Of a stretch of 46,209 nucleotides of DNA, positions 35,216 through 46,209 are shown piece after piece (within the stretch, counting starts at the first letter, position 1; every line of letters starts with the position of its first letter). A program made the translations under genes and the position numbers. The DNA comes from Lymnaea stagnalis (lineage: Eukaryota), in assembly GCA_964033795.1 (NCBI GenBank), contig CAXITT010000026.1, positions 660,358 to 706,566 of the forward strand, given 5' to 3'. Under the pieces are notes generated by a model. It saw only the letters and a list, made by a program, of their open reading frames with translations. It was not told the DNA's origin and searched no databases.

Positions 35216-37690
35216 GTGCGTCCGTCGAAATGGACTAGGACCATTGAGTCATCCGGTTACGGGGGAGGGTTGGTTACGGTGAGCTCGTAGGTGGCTTGCT
35301 AGACCGATCCGTGCTCGGAATAATCTCTGGCACCGCGGGCAGGGGATAGTTGCTGCAGACGGTGATCTAATGATTCTATTTCGGAGCAGCCTGCGTGTCT
35401 CAGGTGGGGTTATCCTACTAGTTTCATGGGATTTAGCCCACTTCTTAACAGCTGCTCTCCACTTGGCTTTGTCCTGGCTTGTCTGCACCCATTGAGTAGG
35501 GTTGATGCTGAAGGCCTTAGTGCCGCTTTCAGTGAGTCTTTGAAACGCTTTTTTTACCTCCTTGTGAGCACTTTCGTATTGTGAGTTCTCCGAAGAATAT
35601 CTGTTTTAGGAGCCAGATGTCTTCCTTACGGGCTACGTGTCACATCCAACGGAGTTGAGACTGCATCAGGGTGGTGAAGATACTAGGTAATTGCGCTCTA
35701 GCGAGGACCTCTGTGTCAGGAACTTTGTCTTGCTATCTGATGCCGAGGAGTTTCCAGAGGCAGGTTGTGTGAAAATGATTCAGTTTCTTGGCGTCTCGCC
35801 ACTGGTAGACTGTCCACGTTTCACATCCGTAGAGTAATTTCGAGAGGACTGCTGCGCTATAGACCTTGATCTTCGTTTCTCGTCTGATACCTCTTCTGTC
35901 CCAACCAGTGCTACGAAGCCTGACAAATATGGCACTAGCTTTTGCGAGTCTTGCATTCATTTCATCATTCATGGCGACAGACCTGGAGAGGGTGCTGCCA
36001 AAGTAAGTAAGTTAATCCACCGGGTTGAGATTCCGTCCACTGATGATGATGTTGGGTTCAACGTAGGGCATACTGGGAGGTGGCTAATATATCACTTCAG
36101 TCTTCTGTGTGTTGATTGTGAGGCCAAAGTTATTGAACGCGACAGAGAAGATATCAACGCTGTGTTACATGACGGCCCGTGAGGCAGCGTTGAGGGCACA
36201 ATCGTCCACAAACAGATACTCATTGATAGGACTATGTTTGACCTTGGTTTTAAATTGAAGCCTCTTAAGGTTGAAAATACTGATCAATTAGTTTGAAACC
36301 AGATTGGCCAGTCCGTGGTGGAGTCCTTGAACGCAACAGACAGCATTGCAGAATACAAAATACTGAAGAGTGTGGGAGCCAGGACACAGCCCTTCTTCAC
36401 ACGTTTGTGACGGGGAATGCTTTAGATAACTGACCATTGTCCTGCACTCAGGTCATCATGCCATCATGCAGTCGACGGGTGATGTTGGTGAACTTGTCTG
36501 GGCATCCGTACTTCTTCATGATTTTCCACAGGCCACCTCTATTGACCCTTTCAAAAGCGTTATTCAAGTAGATAAATGTGGAATAGAGGTCTGTATTTTG
36601 CTCCTGACATTTCTCTTGAAGCTGCCTAGCATCAAACACCATATCGATAGTTTCGCGTTTTTGTGTGGAAGCCGCATTAACTTTTGGGGAGGAGACTGTC
36701 ACATCTATAATCACTCACAATCTGGCATCCGTCCGTCACAATGTGACGATGGAGTGGGCTTCGGAGGACGAAATCCACATGGCCTGGGATTATTCTTCAA
36801 GGATTATAAGCTGGTTCCCAAAAGCAAATCGCCTCTCTCCACGCCGCTGGATAACCCAAGGGAACATCATTGGATGATACAGCTTGGCACCAGTGACGTC
36901 GCAGGAGTTGTCGGAATGTTTCATTGTATCACCACCAGCACCCCGGGTGGATGGGACTCGTTAGACTTGGACGGCAACTCATCTAAGAGAAGGAAACTCT
37001 GAAATCAAACCCGGAGATGGAGTCCCGAAAGGCGGATAACATTGATACTCACAATCACAATCTATTTATTATGTATAATTGATAACAACAGAGGCCTTCT
37101 GGATCCAAGTGAAATAGTGACTATAATTTATTGAAATTTATTATAAGCTAAAACACACGATCACAATAATAATCATACATAGTTAATACTTGTACTGATC
37201 CCAAAACACTTAGACTAAAACTTCTCCACTTGATGATGATATCACTATACTATGACTAAATCTTATACCATAATATTAATAATATGGACTTAAAAATCGC
37301 CATATTTGCTCCATCTTTGTACTCTCTGATCTCTCTATCATTGGTTCATCTTTACCAACTGCTCATACTCTATAAATTTCAGGTGAGAATTCTCACATCA
37401 CTTAACTCCCTTGTCAATCATTATCTCGTATCTTTGACAGAGACCTAGCTCCAGATGTGCATTCAGGCGGTTCAGAAGGGCTCGGGCCAAGATCTTGCCT
37501 GCAATGGACAGCAGGGAAATTCCGCGGAAATTGTCGCAGGCCTGGCGGTTCCCTTTATGTTTGTACAGGTGGATAGTCGAGGCATCCTTGAGGTCTTGAG
37601 GTACAAATTCCGTCTGCCAGATGATCTGGAATAGACGTAATATCTTATCCGTCGGCGCTTGTCCACCTTCTTTGTAAACTAACATACAGT
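35215..37690 (-). mobile_element. LINE fragment: reverse-transcriptase domain through a C-terminal Cys/His motif and the 3' end
   Basis: Minus-strand ORFs encode RT motifs (FRGISLLSIAGKILARALLNRL; FIYLNNAFERVNRGGLWKIMKKYGCPDKFTNITRRLHDGMM; LYGCETWTVY). A C-terminal CPRCQRLFRARIGLASHLRAH zinc-finger-like motif follows. Frameshifts lie between the ORF pieces. Confidence 0.8.
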
Positions 37691-38337
37691 ATACTATATA
37701 ATGTACACTAACATACAGTATACTATATAATGTACACTAACATACAGTATACTATATAATGTACACTAACATACAGTATACTATATAATGTACACTAACA
37801 TACAGTATACTATATAATGTACACTAACATACAGTATACTATATAATGTACACTAACATACAGTATACTATATAATGTACACTAACATACAGTATACTAT
37901 ATAATGTACACTAACATACAGTATACTATATAATGTACACTAACATACAGTATACTATATAATGTAAACTAACATACAGTATACTATATAATGTAATCTA
38001 ACATACAGTATACTATATAATGTAAACTAACATACAGTATACTATATAATGTAATCTAACATACAGTATACTATATAATGTAACCTAACATACAGTATAC
38101 TATATAATGTAATCTAACATACAGTATACTATATAATGTAATCTAACATACAGTATACTATATAATGTAATCTAACATACAGTATACTATATAATGTAAT
38201 CTAACATACAGTATACTATATAATGTAATCTAACATACAGTATACTATATAATGTAATCTAACATACAGTATACTATATAATGTAATCTAACATACAGTA
38301 TACTATATAATGTAAACTAACATACAGTATCCTACTT
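37676..38337. repeat. 29-bp satellite x~22 (taacatacagtatactatataatgtacac) located between the LINE endonuclease and RT fragments
   Basis: Visible periodicity. It belongs to the same family as 34665-35215. Confidence 0.95.
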
Positions 38338-38339
38338 TA

Positions 38340-38985
38340 TTTGGGTAAGCTTTTGCTGTTAGTGGGTCTTTGGGTAACTTTTTAGTAATCATATCTTTTT
38401 TCTCTTTGCTTTCGGCCATTGTGAATTATGATTATTCTCTACTTTTATTTAACAATTATACAAGTAGGTAGTCAGAGTTTGCATCTGATCCTCGATAGCT
38501 TCTTACGTCTACTATGTCTGATCCATGCCTCAGATCAATCAGAAGAATCAATTTGGTTGTGAGTGATTTTAAGTAACATTATGCACATTTTGTGTCTTTT
38601 TTTAGAATCTCCTTGCCAGTAGTTGGCTTTAACATTTTTCTTTACCTATTTTGACAATTAAGTCGCCAAATACTATAATAATTTCATGTCGCGGTGCCTC
38701 AATAAAGGTCTTTGCCATTCTCTCATAAAAGGATTCTTTTTATCAGACTTTCTGTATTTTCGATGGGGGCATGAACACTTGTAAACGATATATCAAACAT
38801 TTTTTATCCCACACGCAAAGAACACAATCGTTCATTTTCTGGTTTAAAAACCTATGACTCCACCGACGACTTGTTTCTTTACAGCAAGAGTGTTCGTGTT
38901 GTTGCCACTATAAAATATGGTGTAGTCTCCGGTCTCGAGGATGTCTGAACTTTTCCACCAAATTTCCTGCAATGCAGCAATAGAG
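38340..38985 (-). mobile_element. non-LTR retrotransposon (LINE) fragment: APE-type endonuclease domain, 5'-truncated and decayed
   Basis: The minus-strand translation gives IAALQEIWWKSSDILETGDYTIFYSGNNTN...GVIGF and later IIVFGDLIVKIGKE...LILLIDLRHGSDIVDVRSYRGSDANSDYLLV. These match the EEP/APE endonuclease motifs of CR1/L2/RTE-like LINEs. Several in-frame stops are present. Confidence 0.7.
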
Positions 38986-39013
38986 ATTTTATATTTAATT
39001 AATTGATTTATTT

Positions 39014-39945
39014 GTGTTGAAGGAGTGAGTGGCAGCCATTAAAGGGAGGTCAGTATGAATCAAGGTGGTCTCCTATTTATATCCGTTCTCCATGAGTTGC
39101 TGTAGGACTCCACCCTCCAATCCGTTCAAGGACAGAACAAAGTTCGATCACTGCACATTTCTTTTTAAAACAGTTGGATAACCTTAGTAATTTTGTGTTC
39201 ATCATAACTTCTCCATCCAGTTTTTCCCCTTGTTGTTTGCGTCTGACAATTTTGAAAAATTATAAGTGATGTAATGAGAGTTTTATAAGTGATGTAATGA
39301 GAGTTTTATAAGTGATGTAATGAGAGGTTTATAAGTGATGTAATGAGAGTTCTGTAAGTGATGCAATGAGAGGTTTATAAGTGATGTAATGAGAGGTTTA
39401 TAAGTGATGTAATGAGAGGTTTATAAGTGATGTAATGAGAGGTTTATAAGTGATGTAATGAGAGTTCTGTAAGTGATGTAATGAAAGGTTTAACTATTCA
39501 ACATATTTTCAAAATGGGATATTGCAAGGGGCAGCCAGAAATTTGAAACTCTAATTTCAACGTTAGATGGTAAATCTCAAACTTAAAGAAAGAAGTTCAA
39601 ATTCAGTGTTGTTCAACATCTGTAAAGTAAACATAACCATTTCAAACCGGTCATCTTTCATTCAAGTAAAAAGACTTATTTGGAACCAGCCAAGTTTACA
39701 GACATGTGAATATCATAGCTCAAGAAGTATCAACATCAGAGATGAATTCCGATACATTCTAGTATCCGTAGTTGTGAAACGTATGGGCAACATGTGTATA
39801 TTCCAAAATTGTGGATTTGAGTTCAAGTCCAGGCCTAGACATAAAAAAAACAAAACAAAACAATACCAGCATCCCTGGTGGTTTGGACTCGTTAATATTG
39901 GATGGCAACCATTCGAATTGAAGGCAAACTGACCTGAAAACCTTG
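39014..39945 (+). mobile_element. composite SINE-like repeat, copy B (same family, 10 VNTR units)
   Basis: It has the same head, body and tRNA-like region (ccaaaattgtggatttgagttcaagtccagg) as copy A, in direct orientation. Tail fragments of the same family occur at 27150-27215 and 36985-37030. Confidence 0.7.
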
Positions 39946-40412
39946 TTTACTTTAGGCGTACAGTATTCGATTATAGTGTACTGACCGCTCTTGATTATAA
40001 CTTTATATGCCGAAGCCTTACTTCACGTTGTTCGCACAGATCGGTATTTTTATTCATTTTTTTTTTGTTTTGTTACTTTGCAAGTTAAAGACCTTAATCC
40101 CACCGTATTACTCTACCCTTACATCAATATCAAGGTCTACAATTTTAATAACAGTCCTCGCTAACCAACAAACCTGTGCAATCTATTTTCAAATTATAAT
40201 TCATCATAAAAGCATGACTTTTAACGTAGGGTTAGATGTTATTTATATTATTCTGATAAAAATATTCTGATAAGCAAAACTATAAAATTAATCGATTCCA
40301 TATATGTTGAGTTATATAAAATGGAAAATTTTAAGAAATAAGAAAAAATATCGCATATCCATATTAAGAAAGAGGGACACTTGAGTGAATAACCTCATCC
40401 TCTCCCTTCTAA

Positions 40413-40971
40413 GACACTGGCATTGGTGTAGCTAGAGTGTTTAGACACTGGCATTGGTGTAGCTAGAGTGTTTAGACACTGGCATTGGTGTAGCTAGAGT
40501 GTTTAGACACTGGCATTGGTGTAGCTAGTGTGTTTAGAAATTGGCATTGGTGTAGCTAGAGTGTTTAGACACTGGCATTGGTGTAGCTAGTGTGTTTAGA
40601 CACTGGCATTGGTGTAGCTAGAGTGTTTAGACACTGGCATTGGTGTAGCTAGAGTGTTTAGACACTGGCATTGGTGTAGCTAGAGTGTTTAGACACTGGC
40701 ATTGGTGTAGCTAGTGTGTTTAGAAACTGGCATTGGTGTAGCTAGAGTGTTTAGACACTGGCATTGGTGTAGCTAGTGTGTTTAGACACTGGCATTGGTG
40801 TAGCTAGACTGTTTAGACACTGGCATTGGTGTAGCTAGAGTGTTTAGACACTGGCATTGGTGTAGCTAGTGTATTTAGACACTGGCATTGGTGTAGCTGG
40901 TATGTTTAGACACTAGCATTGGTGTAGCTAGAGTGTTTAGACACTGGCATTGGTGTAGCTAGAGTGTTTAG
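40413..40971. repeat. 32-bp satellite x~17 (gacactggcattggtgtagctagagtgtttag)
   Basis: Visible periodicity. The gagtg/gtgtg variants alternate irregularly. Confidence 0.95.
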
Positions 40972-41756
40972 CGTCAGGGGACATATTTAATTTGTACGCC
41001 CCTCCTCTCAACTCTGAAATTGATAATTTTTAACCATTTAATACCACCAATAATACCACCAAAGCCCTTTGTGGTGCTCCCGCTAGTTGGCGCCCTGCTA
41101 GTTGGCGCCCCGCGGGAGTGATGTCCCATCGGCCACCTCTTAGCTAAGCCTCTGTTCAATGCCAACTGGCAACTGGAACTGCCCACCCTACGAAAATCTA
41201 AAAATGCCCTGCCGTCCGGGGGGAATGTCTGTAAGAAACACTGCTGGAAACCAATTTTGAATCAATTAAAGAGAACGCTGGCAGTTCTAAAGATGCACTG
41301 GTTTATGATTTTGTAGAGGTGAGAGTTCAAGTCCATGAATTTGAAGGTGAGGCTTTTGTTTTTATTGTTAAAAATGAATCTTTTCAAATGAGATGTGACC
41401 ATGATTGCTCTGAAGTCCCCGATTTGTATGATGTTTTTAAGGAGAACATTTTTCATTTTGTAAAAATTGTAACATATCTTTGTAAACATCAAGTTTCATG
41501 TCGAATTGGAATTAACAGTCTGGGAATTTTATTATACATTAAAGTTATATTTATTATGAAAAAGGACTTGAGTTGATTTAGTGCTATTACGACGTATTAC
41601 AACGTGTAAAAGAACTTATAGAATTAACCAATCTCGTACAAAAAGGCGTTTGATACCAGAGCCATTTAAACAATCCTAGAGACTTATTGTCAGACTAAGT
41701 GAAACTATTTTAGATCCTTATTGAGAGATCCAGTGAAAACATCCGGGTTATTTATA

Positions 41757-44700
41757 GCTTTCATGGTGCTTTACAGACAGGTATATTCAATTGATTTGTA
41801 GCTTTGATGGTGCTTGACAGACAGGTATATTCCATTTATTTATAGCTTTGATTGTGCTTGACAGACAGGTATATTCCATTGATTTATAGCTTTGATTGTG
41901 CTTGACAGGCAGGTATATTCCATTTATTTATAGCTTTGATTGTGCTTGACAGATAGGTATATTCCATTGATTCATAGCTTTGATTGTGCTTGACAGACAG
42001 GTATATTCCATTGATTTATAGCTTTGATTGTGCTTGACAGACAGGTATATTCCATTTATTTATAGCTTTGATTGTGCTTGACAGACAGGTATATAAAATT
42101 GATTCATAGCTTTGATGGTGCTTGACAGACAGGTATATTCCATTGATTTATAGCTTTGATGGTGCTTGACAGACAGGTATATTCCATTGATTTATAGCTT
42201 TGATGGAGCTTGACAGACAGGTATATAAAATTGATTCATAGCTTTGATGGTGCTTGACAGACATGTATATTCCATTGATTTATAGCTTTGATGGTGCTTG
42301 ACAGACAGGTATATTCCATTGATTTATAGCTTTGATTGTGCTTGAAAGACAGGTATATAACATTGATTCATAGCTTAGATGGTGCTTGACAGACAGGTAT
42401 ATTCCATTGATTTATAGCTTTGATGGTGCTTGACAGACAGGTATATTACATTGATTCATAGCTTTGATGGTGCTTGACAGACAGGTATATTCCATTGATT
42501 CATAGCTTTGATGGTGCTTGACAGACAGGTATATTCCATTGATTTATAGCTTTGATGGAGCTTGACAGACAGGTATATTCCATTGATTCATAGCTTTGAT
42601 GGTGCTTGACAGACAGGTATATTCCATTGATTTATAGCTTTGATGGTGCTTGACAGACAGGTACATTCCATTGATTCATAGCTTTGATGGTGCTTGACAG
42701 ACAGGTATATTCCATTGATTTATAGCTTTGATGGTGCTTGACAGACAGGTATATTCCATTGATTCATAGCTTTGATGGTGCTTGACAGACAGGTATATTC
42801 CATTGATTCATAGCTTTGATGGTGCTTGACAGACAGGTATATTCCATTGATTTATAGCTTTGATGGTGCTTGACAGACAGGTATATTCCATTGATTCATA
42901 GCTTTGATGGTGCTTGACAGACAGGTATATTCCATTGATTTATAGCTTTGATGGTGCTTGACAGACAGGTATATTACATTGATTCATAGCTTTGATGGTG
43001 CTTGACAGACAGGTATATTCCATTGATTCATAGCTTTGATGGTAATTGACAGACAGGTATATTCCATTGATTTATAGCTTTGATGGAGCTTGACAGACAG
43101 GTATATTCCATTGATTTATAGCTTTGATGGTGCTTGACAGACAGGTATATTACATTGATTCATAGCTTTGATGGTGCTTGACAGACAGGTATATTCCATT
43201 GATTCATAGCTTTGATGGTGCTTGACAGACAGGTATATTCCATTGATTCATAGCTTTGATGGTGCTTGACAGACAGGTATATTCCATTGATTCATAGCTT
43301 TGATGGTGCTTGACAGACAGGTATATTCCATTGATTCATAGCTTTGATGGTGCTTGACAGACAGGTATATTCCATTGATTCATAGCTTTGATGGTGCTTG
43401 ACAGACAGGTATATTCCATTGATTCATAGCTTTGATGGTGCTTGACAGACAGGTATATTCCATTGATTCATAGCTTTGATGGTGCTTGACAGACAGGTAT
43501 ATTCCATTGATTCATAGCTTTGATGGTGCTTGACAGACAGGTATATTCCATTGATTCATAGCTTTGATGGTGCTTGACAGACAGGTATATTCCATTGATT
43601 CATAGCTTTGATGGTGCTTGACAGACAGGTATATTCCATTGATTCATAGCTTTGATGGTGCTTGACAGACAGGTATATTCCATTGATTCATAGCTTTGAT
43701 GGTGCTTGACAGACAGGTATATTCCATTGATTCATAGCTTTGATGGTGCTTGACAGACAGGTATATTCCATTGATTCATAGCTTTGATGGTGCTTGACAG
43801 ACAGGTATATTCCATTGATTCATAGCTTTGATGGTGCTTGACAGACAGGTATATTCCATTGATTCATAGCTTTGATGGTGCTTGACAGACAGGTATATTC
43901 CATTGATTCATAGCTTTGATGGTGCTTGACAGACAGGTATATTCCATTGATTTATAGCTTTGATGGTGCTTGACAGACAGGTATATTACATTGATTCATA
44001 GCTTTGATGGTGCTTGACAGACAGGTATATTCCATTGATTCATAGCTTTGATGGTGTTTGACAGACAGGTATATTCCATTGATTCATAGCTTTGATGGTG
44101 CTTGACAGACAGGTATATTCCATTGATTTATAGCTTTATTGTGCTTGACAGACAGGTATATTCCATTGATTCATAGCTTTGATGGTGCTTGACAGACAGG
44201 TATATTCCATTGATTTATAGATTTGATGGTGCTTGACAGACAGGTATATTACATTGATTCATAGCTTTGATGGTGCTTGACGGACAGGTATATTCCATTT
44301 CTTTATAGCTTTGATTGTGCTTGACAGACAGGTATATTCCATTGATTCATAGCTTTGATGGAGCTTGACAGACAGGTATATAAAATTGATTCATAGCTTT
44401 GATGGTGCTTGACAGACAGGTATATTCCATTGATTTATAGCTTTGATGGAGCTTGACAGACAGGTATATAAAATTGATTCATAGCTTTGATGGTGCTTGA
44501 CAGACAGGTATATTCCATTGATTCATAGCTTTGATGGTGCTTGACAGACAGGTATAATCCATTGATTTATAGCTTTGATTGTGCTTGACAGACAGGTATA
44601 TTCCATTTATTTATAGCTTTGATTGTGTTTGACAGACAGGTATATAAAATTGATTCATAGCTTTGATGGTGCTTGACAGACAGGTATATTCCATTGATTT

Positions 44701-46209
44701 ATAGCTTTGATTGTGCTTGACAGACAGGTATATTCCATTGATTTTTAGCTTTGATGGAGCTTGACAGACAGGTATATTCCATTGATTCATAGCTTTGATG
44801 GTGCTTGACAGACAGGTATATTCCATTGATTCCTAGCTTTGATGGTGCTTGACAGACAGGTATATTCCATTGATTCATAGCTTTGATGGTGCTTGACAGA
44901 CAGGTATATTCCATTGATTTATTGCTTTGATTGTGCTTGGCAGACAGGTATATTCCATTTATTTACAACTTTGATTGTGCTTGACAGACAGGTATATAAA
45001 ATTAATTCATTGCTTTGATGGTGCTTGACAGACAGGTATATTCCATTGATTCATAGCTTTGATTGTGCTTGACAGACAGGTATATTGCATTGATTCATAG
45101 CTTTGATGGTGCTTGACAGACAGGTATATTCCATTGATTCATAGCTTTGATGGTGTTTGACAGACAGGTATATTCCATTGATTTATAGCTTTGATGGTGC
45201 TTGACAGACTGGTATTTTAGATTGATTCATAGCTTTGATGGTGCTTGACAGACAGGTATATTACATTGATTCATAGCTTTGATGGTGCTTGACAGACAGG
45301 TATATTCCATTGATTTATAGATTTGATGGCGCTTGACAGACAGATATATTACATTGATTCATAGCTTTGATGGTGCTTGACAGACAGGTATATTCCATTT
45401 ATTTATAGCTTTTATTGTGCTTGACAGACAGGAATATTCCATTGATTTATAGCTTTGATGGTGCTTGACAGACAGGTGTATTCCATTGATTCATAGCTTT
45501 GATGGTGCTTGACAGACAGGTATATTCCATTGATTTATAGCTTTGATGGTGCTTGACAGACAGGTATATTACATTGATTCATAGCTTTGATGGTGCGTGA
45601 CAGACAGGTATATTCCATTGATTTATAGCTTTGATGGTGCTTGACAGACAGGTATATTCCATTGATTTATAGCTTTGATGGTGCTTGACAGACAGGTATA
45701 TTCCATTGATTTATAGCTTTGATGGAGCTTGACAGACAGGTATATTCAATTGATTTATAGCTTTCATGGTGCTTGACAGACAGGTATATTACATTGATTC
45801 ATAGCTTTGATGGTGCTTGACAGACAGGTATATTCCATTGATTGAAAGATTTGATGGTGCTTGACAGACAGGTATATTCCATTGATTCATAGCTTTGATG
45901 GTGCTTGACAGACAGGTATATTCCATTGAATTATAGCTTTGATGGAGCTTGACAGACAGGTATATTCAATTGAATTATAGCTTTGATGGTGCTTGACAGA
46001 CAGGTATCTTCCATTGATTCATTGCTTTGATGGTGCTTGACAGACAGGTATATTCCATTGATTTATAGCTTTGATGGTGCTTGACAGACAGGTATATTAC
46101 ATTGATTCATAGCTTTGATGGTGCTTGACAGACAGGTATATTCCATTGATTCATAGCTTTGATGGTGCTTGACAGACAGGTATATTCCATTGATTTATAG
46201 CTTTGATGG
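41757..46209. repeat. 44-bp satellite, ~101 units (acaggtatattccattgattcatagctttgatggtgcttgacag), continuing beyond the window end
   Basis: Highly regular periodicity over 4.45 kb. Recurrent unit variants are tttatagc/ttcatagc, gatggtg/gattgtg/gatggag and tattcc/tataaa/tattac. Confidence 0.97.

Noticed and set aside
36466-37002. 178-aa plus-strand ORF (and 36665-36877)
   Set aside because: It lies antisense to the LINE RT coding sequence and has no recognisable motifs. It is a typical spurious antisense ORF of a GC-balanced retroelement.
44611-44914. Two 71-aa minus-strand ORFs with internally repeated peptide (MEYTCLSSTIKAMNQ...)
   Set aside because: These are translation artefacts of the 44-bp satellite. 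Because 44 is not a multiple of 3, the frame cycles through the same unit.

Overview
This window is eukaryotic genomic DNA, almost certainly from a metazoan and plausibly an invertebrate. It is AT-rich with many GT-AG introns and contains no prokaryotic operons or CRISPR arrays. The main feature is a nearly complete major vault protein gene (MVP, + strand, 5403-24742). I reconstructed 24 coding exons by protein-level alignment to vertebrate MVP. All intron phases agree, and the exons total 2517 nt (838 aa plus stop). Only the short Met-containing first coding exon is missing. Two MVP splice donors sit inside tandem repeats that re-copy the donor, after exon 4 and after exon 17. Downstream, a multi-pass transporter-like gene lies on the minus strand (exons between 27888 and 32168) and converges on MVP. 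A second, unidentified gene with two terminal exons lies on the minus strand near the window start (2043-2431). Roughly 40% of the window is repetitive: tandem satellites alone make up about 20%. These include a 34-bp minisatellite in an MVP intron, two 29-bp arrays, a 32-bp array, and a 44-bp satellite of more than 100 units that runs off the window end. A decayed APE-type LINE on the minus strand has a satellite array between its endonuclease and RT parts. There is also a pseudogenised hAT (Buster/Charlie-like) transposase N-terminus and several TIR-bounded MITEs. A ~0.9-kb composite SINE-like repeat is present as two direct copies (25.9 kb and 39.0 kb) that bracket the transporter/LINE region. 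I see no sign of a novel defence or biosynthetic system. What is novel is structural: the splice-donor duplications, the satellite-invaded LINE, the composite repeat pair and two unidentified genes.
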